DNA of 64,000 nucleotides from Thermoanaerobaculia bacterium (GTDB lineage Bacteria; Acidobacteriota; Thermoanaerobaculia; Multivoradales; UBA5704): NCBI GenBank assembly GCA_035556715.1, contig DATMER010000074.1, positions 3,737 to 67,736 of the forward strand, read 5' to 3'. Shown piece by piece: positions 8,841 to 16,556 of this stretch (position 1 is its first letter; each line of letters starts with the position of its first letter). The notes under the pieces were generated by a model. It saw only the letters and a program-made list of their open reading frames with translations, ran no database searches and was not told where the DNA came from. The position numbers and the translations under genes were made by a program.

Positions 8841-9653
8841 CTAGATGCTGCCGTAGTCGATGAACCCCTTATTAATCGAGGCGATGGTGCGCTGCGTGCG
8901 CCGGAACACGCCGACCCCCTCCCGCGAGCCTCCCTCGTTCGTGTTCCCCTCGATCGTCACGAGCTTGCCGCCCAGGACCCGCTCCACCAGCCCGGTATGG
9001 CCGGCGCCTCCCGCCGGACCGGTGTCGATCACGAAGATGTGGCCGGGCTTGATCAGGGCCGGGTTGTTCCTGGCCCGGACCAGGGTGATGCGGGTCGCGC
9101 CCTTCGTCTCCGCTCGGTTCCAGTGGTCCAGCACCCCCGCGGTCTTGACCATGGGATTGGTCCGGCCCAGCTTCCTTGCCGCCTTGTCGAAGCAGAAGTA
9201 GACGAACGCGACGCACCAGGCGAACTGGCCCGCGGGATTGAGCCCGACCGACTTCACGTATTCGTCGACCTCCGGTCCGCGGTTGGGGGAGGTTTCCATG
9301 ACTCCGATCTGCGTGGTTGCGAACTCCAGCACCGCGCCGAGGAGGTCGGACGACGTCTCGTGCCGGACCGTGACCGACTGCTCGCCGAAAAGAGCGGCCC
9401 AGGTGAGGGAGCCGATCTCGCCGTCGATCTTGAGCGGCAGGCCGTCCGTGTCTGTGAAACGGGCCTGGAACAAGCGCACTGCATCGTGGGTCTGCTTGCC
9501 GAAGTCTCCGTCCTCGTCGACCGGGCCGCAGCCCAGTTCGTTCAGGCGGGCCTGCACGGCGAGCACGTCTTCTTTGACCTTGTGTCCACGCTTGACGACT
9601 TTGCCTGGATACGAGCGGGGGATGGCGACCGGAACAGCCGGAAGAGGTTGCAT
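8841..9653 (-). CDS. Peptidoglycan-binding domain + CHAP-domain amidase/peptidase
   Basis: N-terminal PG_binding_1-like (LGCGPVDEDGDFGKQTHDAVRLFQ); CHAP Cys (QFAWCVAFVYFC) and His (GHIFVID..GHTG). Confidence 0.75.
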   Translation of the reverse strand: MQPLPAVPVAIPRSYPGKVVKRGHKVKEDVLAVQARLNELGCGPVDEDGDFGKQTHDAVRLFQARFTDTDGLPLKIDGEIGSLTWAALFGEQSVTVRHETSSDLLGAVLEFATTQIGVMETSPNRGPEVDEYVKSVGLNPAGQFAWCVAFVYFCFDKAARKLGRTNPMVKTAGVLDHWNRAETKGATRITLVRARNNPALIKPGHIFVIDTGPAGGAGHTGLVERVLGGKLVTIEGNTNEGGSREGVGVFRRTQRTIASINKGFIDYGSI

Positions 9654-9742
9654 GTCGTCTCCTTGAAGGACTGCGCGAACAGGCGCGTTCCTTCCAGAAG
9701 ACGGAACCGGGAGGTGATTTACCTCACCCCACGGAACTGGCT

Positions 9743-10504
9743 CTACTCGCCCCGCTCACCGAGCAGGGAACGCAGGCGCTTCAGCTCTGCCTGCGCCTCC
9801 TCGGCATGGGCCAGCGCCCCTTGCGGGATCAGGCGGCCATCCGAATCGAAGAGCCGCACCCAATCACTGTCCCAGCTCTCGTGCGGGTAGACGATCCAAG
9901 CCGGCCCATGCCAGGCGCCGAGGTCGAAGCCGAGCACCTCGCTGCGGAGCCGGCCTTGGCTGTCGGGCTGCATGGGTTGGTAGCGGTCGCCCTCCAGACG
10001 GTAGCCTTCGAGGAGCAGCCGGTCGAAGTCCCAGAGGAAGTACTCCCGAGTGCGGAAGACCCGGGCGTAGAGGTCCATCTTGGTCGTGCGGTCGACCTTC
10101 TCCGTGGTCGGGGACAGCATCTCCAGGATGAGATCGGGCAGCCGTCCGCCCTCTTCCCAGGACACCCAGCCCTTGCGCGGGCGCCGCGGGACCTGGTCCA
10201 CGAAGAAGAAGTCCGGACCGCGGAAGTAGAGCCGTCCCGACGCCACCTCCCAGGCCTGCTCCATGGAGTAGTAGACGAAGTTGTTTCCGCCGGCATGGAA
10301 CTCGGTCCGGCCGCTCTCCCACATGGCCCGGTGCGTCACGTCGATCAGAAGCTGCAACTGCACAGCGTGAGCATTGTTCTCCATCGGCTCCCCGTCATCG
10401 AAGACGAGCTCGAAGGGAAGGGGCTCGAGCGCCGAGAAGGCTGGCTGGCTCATGGCAGATCTCCCGTCGGAGTCGTTCGCGGGCGAAACTTTATTCGTCC
10501 TCAC
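9743..10504 (-). CDS. Uma2-family (DUF820) putative restriction-like endonuclease
   Basis: FELVFDDGEPMENNAHA ... PDLILEMLSPTTEKVDRTTKMDLYARVFRTREYFLWDFD matches the Uma2 PD-(D/E)xK core; start may be the internal MSQPAF at 10453. Confidence 0.7.
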   Translation of the reverse strand: MRTNKVSPANDSDGRSAMSQPAFSALEPLPFELVFDDGEPMENNAHAVQLQLLIDVTHRAMWESGRTEFHAGGNNFVYYSMEQAWEVASGRLYFRGPDFFFVDQVPRRPRKGWVSWEEGGRLPDLILEMLSPTTEKVDRTTKMDLYARVFRTREYFLWDFDRLLLEGYRLEGDRYQPMQPDSQGRLRSEVLGFDLGAWHGPAWIVYPHESWDSDWVRLFDSDGRLIPQGALAHAEEAQAELKRLRSLLGERGE

Positions 10505-12708
10505 CGCAAAACGGAAGAGGGAACGGATCTCCCTTTTCCTCCTCCAGGAAAGGATAGCATGGGACGCTCCACCATCTGCCCTCCCACCAGCTCGGCGTAG
10601 AGGCCGCCCCGGGCAACCAGGTCATCGTGGCTGCCCTGCTCCGCAATGCGGCCCCCGGCGAGGACCAGGATCAGGTCGGCGTTCTTGATGGTGCTCAGGC
10701 GGTGGGCGATGACGATGCGGGTACAGTCCAGGCCCTCCAGCTCGCGCTGGATCTTCGCCTCGGTGAGGGCGTCCAGGGAGCTGGTCGCCTCGTCCAGGAG
10801 GAGGATGCGCGGCCTCTGCACCAGGGCGCGGGCGAGGGCCAGGCGCTGGCGCTGGCCCCCCGAGAGCGCGGAGCCCGCCTCCCCCACCGGCATGTCGTAG
10901 CCCATGGGCATGGCCACGATCTCGTCGTGGAGATGGGCCTTCCGGGCCGCCTCCATGACCTGGTCGAGGGGCAGCGCCGGGTCCGCCAGGGCGATGTTGC
11001 TCCGCACGCTCCCTGCCATCAGGTGCGGGCTCTGGGGCACGATGCCGATCTGCCGCCGCACCGATCGCAGGTCGAGCGCGGCCAGGTCCATCCCGTCATA
11101 GAGGATGGTCCCCCGGGTGGGACGCTGGAGCCCCAGGAGCAGCCAGGCCAGGGTGGTCTTGCCGGCTCCGGAGGCCCCCACCAGGGCCACGAACGAGCCC
11201 TCCGGGATGTCCAGCGAGACGTCCCGCAGGACCGGAGGATCCAGGGGGGAGTATTGGAAGCTGACGCCGTCCAGGGTGATGCGGCCCTGGAGCCGGCCGG
11301 GCTCGGGCGCGCTTCCGGGCTCCTGCTCGCGGGGCAGCTCCAGGATGTCGTCGAGCCGGTCCAGATAGCCGCCCAGGACCTGGAGCTGGAAGGCGGTCTG
11401 GACCAGTTGCGTGAGGGGCTCGAGGAAGCCGACGGCCAGGGCGTTGAGCGCCAGCATGGTGCCCAGGGTGAGCTCCCCCCGCAGGACCAGCCAGGCGCCG
11501 AGGGCCAGGACCAGGAGGGGCGAGCCCAGGCTGAGGGCTCCCAGGGCCGAGTCCACCCAGGCCGACAGCCGGCCGCGGCGCAGCGAGGCGTTGAGCACCC
11601 GCGTGAACAGGCCGGACCAGTGGCTCAGGGCCCGCGACTCGGCGCCGATGGCCTTGAAGATCTCGATGCCGCCCAGGAGCTGGACCTGGAAGGCGTTCGC
11701 GTCGGACTCGGCCCGCAGCGACCCGTCCATCAGGTCCCGGTAGCGCCGCCGGTTGAGCAGGAACAGCCCGATCCGCGCCAGTCCCAGGATCAGGACGACC
11801 AGCCCCAGCCGCCAGTCCGCCAGCAGGATCAGTGACAGGTAGATCACGACCAGCGCTCCGTCCAGCACGCCGGAGAGCACGCCCGTGGTGAGGGTCTCGC
11901 GCACGGTCGCGTTGCTGTTGAGCCGCATCAGGAGGTCGCCCACGGGGCGGGTCTGGAACACGGAGAACGGCAGGGCCAGGAGGTGCTCCAGGAAGTCGGT
12001 CGCCAGCCGGGAGTCCACCACGGTGCGCAGGTGCAGCAGCAGGTGGGAGCGGACCAGGGAGATCAGGAAGTGGGAGCCCACCAGGGCCGCCATGCCCGCG
12101 GCCGCCACGGCCAGGAGGTGGTAGTCGGACCGGGGGATCACCCGGTCCACGAGCACGGCCAGGAGGATCGGCACGGCCAGGGCCAGGAGCCGGACCAGGA
12201 CCGAGGTGGCCAGGATCTTCGAAAGGATTCCCGAGCGGGCGATGACCCGGAGGTAGCGCCGCACACCCGGGGGCCGGCGCTCCGGCTCGCCGGGCACGAA
12301 GCCCTCTCCCCTCTCCAGGATGAGGGCCACGCCCGTGAAGCTGCGGTCCAGCTCCTCCCGGTCCACCCGCCGCCGGCCGAGCGCGGGGTCGAGGATCCAC
12401 GCGCCCCCCTTGCCGTCCGCACGGTCGAAGACCACGAAATGGGTGAAGCACCAGTGGAGGACCGAGCCCCGGGGGAGCTGGCCGAGGTTGTCCAGGTCGT
12501 CGATGCGCACTCCGCGGGAGCGCAGGCCGTAGCGCTTCGCCGCCTCGACCAGGGCCGCGGCGGACGCGCCGTAGCGGGTGACGCCCGCGGCCTCCCGGAC
12601 CTCTTCGAGACGGACCCGGCGGCCATGCCAAGCGAGGATCATGGCCAGGCAGGCCGCGCCGCAATCCGCCTCCGTGGTCTGCTGCACGAGCGGGATCGGG
12701 CGCATCAC
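10501..12708 (-). CDS. lanT: Lanthipeptide/bacteriocin exporter: C39 peptidase domain + ABC transporter (LanT / SunT-type)
   Basis: N-terminal C39 peptidase (QQTTEADCGAACLAMI; His in HWCFTHFVV); six-TM ABC exporter core; Walker A GASGAGKTT, LSGGQRQR signature, Walker B ILLLDEATS. Start is GTG 12708 or ATG 12705. Confidence 0.85.
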   Translation of the reverse strand: MMRPIPLVQQTTEADCGAACLAMILAWHGRRVRLEEVREAAGVTRYGASAAALVEAAKRYGLRSRGVRIDDLDNLGQLPRGSVLHWCFTHFVVFDRADGKGGAWILDPALGRRRVDREELDRSFTGVALILERGEGFVPGEPERRPPGVRRYLRVIARSGILSKILATSVLVRLLALAVPILLAVLVDRVIPRSDYHLLAVAAAGMAALVGSHFLISLVRSHLLLHLRTVVDSRLATDFLEHLLALPFSVFQTRPVGDLLMRLNSNATVRETLTTGVLSGVLDGALVVIYLSLILLADWRLGLVVLILGLARIGLFLLNRRRYRDLMDGSLRAESDANAFQVQLLGGIEIFKAIGAESRALSHWSGLFTRVLNASLRRGRLSAWVDSALGALSLGSPLLVLALGAWLVLRGELTLGTMLALNALAVGFLEPLTQLVQTAFQLQVLGGYLDRLDDILELPREQEPGSAPEPGRLQGRITLDGVSFQYSPLDPPVLRDVSLDIPEGSFVALVGASGAGKTTLAWLLLGLQRPTRGTILYDGMDLAALDLRSVRRQIGIVPQSPHLMAGSVRSNIALADPALPLDQVMEAARKAHLHDEIVAMPMGYDMPVGEAGSALSGGQRQRLALARALVQRPRILLLDEATSSLDALTEAKIQRELEGLDCTRIVIAHRLSTIKNADLILVLAGGRIAEQGSHDDLVARGGLYAELVGGQMVERPMLSFPGGGKGRSVPSSVLR

Positions 12709-12878
12709 GATCCTCCAAGGAGGAAAGCGGCGAAGGCGCCGGCTGCACCCAGGACCAGGAGAACCGCCGGCCAGGTCCAGCGCACCCAGGCCGTGGGCAG
12801 CTCCAGGGGCTCTGCTTCGGGAACGCGCGCCCGATGCTCCAGAGCGCGGGGACGATAGACCAGCTCGTCGCTGCTCAT
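12705..12878 (-). CDS. 57-aa single-TM protein between lanM and lanT (truncated HlyD-like N-terminus or immunity-type peptide)
   Basis: ATG overlaps the lanM stop (ATGA) and its TGA overlaps the lanT start (GTGATG), so it is translationally coupled on both sides. It has one hydrophobic helix (WPAVLLVLGAAGAFAAFLL) and no Cys. Confidence 0.45.
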   Translation of the reverse strand: MSSDELVYRPRALEHRARVPEAEPLELPTAWVRWTWPAVLLVLGAAGAFAAFLLGGS

Positions 12879-15800
12879 GACGGCACCGGCGGATCGAGGA
12901 GCAGCACCGAGGGGACGCGCTCCGGCATCGCCAGCCTCAGGAGACCATAGCCCATGCCGGCCAGGCCGGTCATCAGGCCGGGGACCTCCACGCCCCGGGG
13001 GATGCCGGAGCGCCAGCCCCCCTCGGCCGCGCCCTGGAGGATGCGCGCCGCGGCCCGGTTGGCCTCTCTCCTCCACCGGCCCCCCGCCTCCAGGAAGATC
13101 TCGGCGTTGCCGAGGTCGCCGTGGCAGAGGCAATGGCTGCGGTCGAACCCCTTGGTCAACGTCGATTCGAGGGCGACCTCGATCTCCTTCTCCATCTCCG
13201 GATCGTCCACGTGCCGCCGGGCGCGCAGGCGTCCGAGACCGACCCCCGGAGCGCCGTGGCACCAAGCGATCAGATAGATATCGTCCCCGCTCTGAAGCCC
13301 GACGTTGGCCTGCGGGATGGTCCGCAGCTCCTCCCAGGTGCCCAGCTCGGGCTGGAAGTGGCCGCGCTCGTACTCGATGGCGTCCAGGGCCGCGCGCCGG
13401 AAGCGGTCGTCACCCGTCGCCCCGGCCAGCTCCAGGAGCGCCCAGGCGAAGCCGGCCGCGCCGTGTCCGAAGCCGGTGAGCGGACCGGAGGCGATCCGCC
13501 GCAGGTCCGGCGACAGCCAGGAGGCGCCGCGCTCCATGGGACTCACGGTCGCCAGCAGGTGCTCTCCGCAGAGCCGGGCCGCGTCGAGAAGGCGGTCCGA
13601 GGGGTCCACCCGGTGGAGCGCCAGCAGCGAGGGGATGCAGCCGGCCGTGCCGGCGAGGACATCGAGGGCCGCATCCTTCTCGATCAGGCCGGGCAGCAGC
13701 TCGACGATCGAGCGGGCCTCTTCCAGGAGGGCCGGGTCGTCCCAGAGCCGCGCCAGATGGGCCAGGGTCCAGATGGTGCCGCCCCAGCCCTCGAACCCGC
13801 CGACCGAGGTGACCAGGGCCCGCGCCGTGTCGCGCTGGTTCCAGATCGTGTGCCAGCCGGCCCGGGCCAGATTGCGCCAGCGGTCCTCGCCCGTGACCTC
13901 CGCGAGGTAGGCGAGGAACACGGCCACGCCCGGCAGCCCGGAATAGAGGTCGTGCCCCAGCGGCGTGAGCCGGAAGTCCCTCCCCTGGCGCGAGTGTACG
14001 CCGATCCAGGTGGCGTCGCCGTTGCTCCGCAGGGCCAGGGCTTCGAGCCGGGCGCCGATGGACAGGGCGGCCTCCAGGATCTGGCCGGGCTCCGCCTCGC
14101 CCTCGGCCGCGAGCGTCCGGGTTTCGAGTCCGCTCTCCAGGCCGAAGACGTTGATCTGGTGCGTGGCCACCGCGGCGCGGAGAAACCAGAGCTGCCGGCC
14201 CATGTCGCCAATATCGCCAGTATCGCTTTCGTTCAGGTCCGCGAGCCGGCTGCGGACCATCTCCAGCCCCGAGCGCTCCAGGAAGCCCGTCCAGACGCGG
14301 CCGCCGGCTCCGTGCAGGTCGCGGGAGTCGAGCCGCGCGGAGAACAGAGGGATGTCGCCCTGGAGCAGCTCCTCGCGCTCCGCGTCGACCACGGTCTCGA
14401 TGAGAGGGGACTCGACGATCCCTTGCCAGAGATGGTCGAAGTGGCGGTCGCGCTCCAGCGCCTCGCGCAGGAGGAAGGGGTGGAAGCTCTCCTGGAGCAG
14501 GGTGCCGTAGGTGCGTGTGGGGCGCAGGATCACCCGCGCCTCGTCGCCGGCCATGCGGTCGAGGAAGCGGTCCAGCTCGTCCTTGCGCGAGGCGATCAGG
14601 CGGTAGGCGCGCTCGAAGCCCTCCGCCAGCTCGTCGGCGTAGTCCGAGACGTCGGTCAGGGTGCCGCCGATCGACGGCCGGTGCTCCCTCGCGATCATCT
14701 CCATGGGCTTGCGCTCCAGGCGCATGGAGTCCGTGCCTCGCCCTTCCCAGAAGGGGATGCCGTCGTGGGTGGTCTGGCCCGGCGCCATGCCGAGCGCCGA
14801 GATGTCCACCCCTTCGCCGGCGCCGCCCACGGCCCGCTGCGGGAGGAGCCCGATGCGCAGCACCGAGCGGGCGAGCTGGTCCTCGGCCACCGAGCTGGCG
14901 CCGGACCGGGTGGCGAACGGCGGGCGCGGCTCGACGATCGACTCCAGGTCGATCAGCAGCGGGTGCTCCCCCGCCGCGATCAGGTTCTCGTGATGGAAGT
15001 CGCCCGCGTCCAGGGCGTAAAGAAGAGCGAGATAACCTCCGATCCTCCGATAGAAACGCCCGACCTCGCCGGGGTTCGAGCAGGGAGCGGGATGGGCGAA
15101 CTCCATCCACCCGTACGGCCCCCGATCGACGACGCGCAGGAGCCGGAACGCGGGCTCGAAGCCGCCCTCGTTCATCCAGGCGAGCAGCTCCTGGAAGTGG
15201 ACCGCGATCGCCTGGGGCCGCGGCTTGTAGGCCAGCCGCCAGCCCGACTCGAAGGTCAGCAGGCTCACGGTCCGGTTGCCCCGGTGGCGGTCGCCCGCGC
15301 CGATGCGCGCGGCGGACAGGAGGCCGGGGTCCTCCGCGGGCCGGACCTCGTTCCAGTCCGCGGCGAGCCGCTGGAGCAGCTCGACAGCGGCATTCCCCCA
15401 GTGGCGGATGCGCACGACGAGCTGGCGGGCCAGGACCGGGTAGCGCTCCAGGATCTCCAGAGCCGTCCCCGGATTGCGCAGCAGGGCGATGAAGGCGTCG
15501 AAGCGCTCTTCGGGAGTCTCGCCCGCGATGCGCTCCTCCAGGCGGGCGATGTTGAGCTCCAGCACGCAGACGCGGGAGATCGTCCAGAGGAGCTGCTCCG
15601 GCAGGCTGGCCAGGAGGAGCGGCGCGGCCGCGCCCGGGTCGAAGGGGCCGTTCAACTCGGCCGCCGCGGCCGCGATCCTCTGCTCGGCGTCGCGGATCAG
15701 GGGGGCGGCGAGCCAGAGAAAGCGGGTCTCGGGGTTCGCCAGACGCTCCGGAGAGAACGGCAGGACGTAGCCGGGATCGATGGCGCTGTACGCCTTCTCC

Positions 15801-16069
15801 ATTTCGCGGACCCATTCCGGCTTCTCCGGAAGGCGGGTGGCCAGCGACTCGCTCGGCTCGCCGAGCAGGGCGAGGAGGCGGTCCTCGTCGAGTCCGGTCC
15901 TGTCGAGGCGCCGGGCGAAGAAGCCGTCCTCGTCGAAGGGGATCTGGCTGCGCCAGCGCTGCAGGCGCTGGGTGGCGGTCTGGCGGTCGGCGGGCTTCGC
16001 CGGCCGACCGGGAAGCGTGGCGCGCTCTTCCAGGGTGAGCGCACCCGAAAGCTCGGATGGAATCGTCAC
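12875..16069 (-). CDS. lanM: Class II lanthipeptide synthetase (LanM: dehydratase + LanC-like cyclase)
   Basis: 1064 aa. N-terminal LanM dehydratase motifs DRHRGNRTVSLL and GDFHHENLIAAGEHPLLIDLE; C-terminal LanC-like zinc ligands WCHGAPGVG and CHGDLGNAEIF. Confidence 0.9.
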   Translation of the reverse strand: MTIPSELSGALTLEERATLPGRPAKPADRQTATQRLQRWRSQIPFDEDGFFARRLDRTGLDEDRLLALLGEPSESLATRLPEKPEWVREMEKAYSAIDPGYVLPFSPERLANPETRFLWLAAPLIRDAEQRIAAAAAELNGPFDPGAAAPLLLASLPEQLLWTISRVCVLELNIARLEERIAGETPEERFDAFIALLRNPGTALEILERYPVLARQLVVRIRHWGNAAVELLQRLAADWNEVRPAEDPGLLSAARIGAGDRHRGNRTVSLLTFESGWRLAYKPRPQAIAVHFQELLAWMNEGGFEPAFRLLRVVDRGPYGWMEFAHPAPCSNPGEVGRFYRRIGGYLALLYALDAGDFHHENLIAAGEHPLLIDLESIVEPRPPFATRSGASSVAEDQLARSVLRIGLLPQRAVGGAGEGVDISALGMAPGQTTHDGIPFWEGRGTDSMRLERKPMEMIAREHRPSIGGTLTDVSDYADELAEGFERAYRLIASRKDELDRFLDRMAGDEARVILRPTRTYGTLLQESFHPFLLREALERDRHFDHLWQGIVESPLIETVVDAEREELLQGDIPLFSARLDSRDLHGAGGRVWTGFLERSGLEMVRSRLADLNESDTGDIGDMGRQLWFLRAAVATHQINVFGLESGLETRTLAAEGEAEPGQILEAALSIGARLEALALRSNGDATWIGVHSRQGRDFRLTPLGHDLYSGLPGVAVFLAYLAEVTGEDRWRNLARAGWHTIWNQRDTARALVTSVGGFEGWGGTIWTLAHLARLWDDPALLEEARSIVELLPGLIEKDAALDVLAGTAGCIPSLLALHRVDPSDRLLDAARLCGEHLLATVSPMERGASWLSPDLRRIASGPLTGFGHGAAGFAWALLELAGATGDDRFRRAALDAIEYERGHFQPELGTWEELRTIPQANVGLQSGDDIYLIAWCHGAPGVGLGRLRARRHVDDPEMEKEIEVALESTLTKGFDRSHCLCHGDLGNAEIFLEAGGRWRREANRAAARILQGAAEGGWRSGIPRGVEVPGLMTGLAGMGYGLLRLAMPERVPSVLLLDPPVPS

Positions 16070-16099
16070 GGGGCTGCCTCCTTGCTATCCCTTGGGGAC

Positions 16100-16138
16100 C
16101 GGCGGCGGCCTCCGGACAGGCCGGAAGACCGCCGCCGA
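16100..16138 (-). promoter_or_regulatory. Imperfect 15-bp stem-loop in the lanA-lanM intergenic region (attenuator / processing hairpin)
   Basis: GGCGGCGGCCTCCGG-ACAGG-CCGGAAGACCGCCGCC lies between the lanA stop (16177) and lanM start (16069) with no U-tract. Confidence 0.4.
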
Positions 16139-16176
16139 AGCTCATCGTTCGGGGCCCGCGGCGCCCCCGACACCTT

Positions 16177-16413
16177 CTAGCAGCAGCAGATGGTGCCGCC
16201 GCTGAAGCAGGTGTCGTTACAGCACGGATCGATGGTGCGGTGACAGGATTCGAAGCAGGTCGAGTGAGAGGCGCCGAGGACGTTCCGGAGAGCGTCCTGG
16301 CTCAGCTCGACCATGCCGACCGGGTTGCCCGGCAGCACGGTCCGCTGCTCCTCGGAGAGGTTGAAGAAGTAGTCCGCGTCACGCCAGGCACGGATGATCT
16401 CGTCCTTGTTCAT
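16177..16413 (-). CDS. lanA: Lanthipeptide precursor peptide (LanA), double-glycine-type leader + Cys/Ser/Thr-rich core
   Basis: 78 aa. Leader has an ELS motif, hydrophobics at -4/-7/-12 and ends in GA (NVLGA|). Core SHSTCFESCHRTIDPCCNDTCFSGGTICCC has 8 Cys, 4 Ser and 4 Thr. RBS AAGGAGA precedes ATG 16413. Confidence 0.8.
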   Translation of the reverse strand: MNKDEIIRAWRDADYFFNLSEEQRTVLPGNPVGMVELSQDALRNVLGASHSTCFESCHRTIDPCCNDTCFSGGTICCC

Positions 16414-16504
16414 GTGAGTCTCCTTCCTGTGTTGAGGACGATCACAGAGCCGGACGCGCCGTTCCCTGCCGCGGAGGAATCGGGCGGCAGGCTCCAGGAG
16501 GCCA

Positions 16505-16545
16505 CATCTTAGCAGATATAGATAAACATGCAAGTCATTCAACTT
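16505..16545 (-). promoter_or_regulatory. AT-rich sigma70-like promoter candidate for lanA operon
   Basis: Minus-strand TTGCAT-N16-TAAGAT sits in a ~45-bp AT-rich island in otherwise ~68% GC DNA, about 100 nt upstream of the lanA ATG. Confidence 0.4.
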
Positions 16546-16556
16546 CGCGACAGCCG

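Noticed and set aside
13121-16180. 1019-aa plus and 911-aa minus ORFs overlapping lanM
   Set aside because: They are alternative-frame and antisense artefacts. The 12875..16069 minus frame alone carries LanM dehydratase and LanC zinc-ligand motifs.
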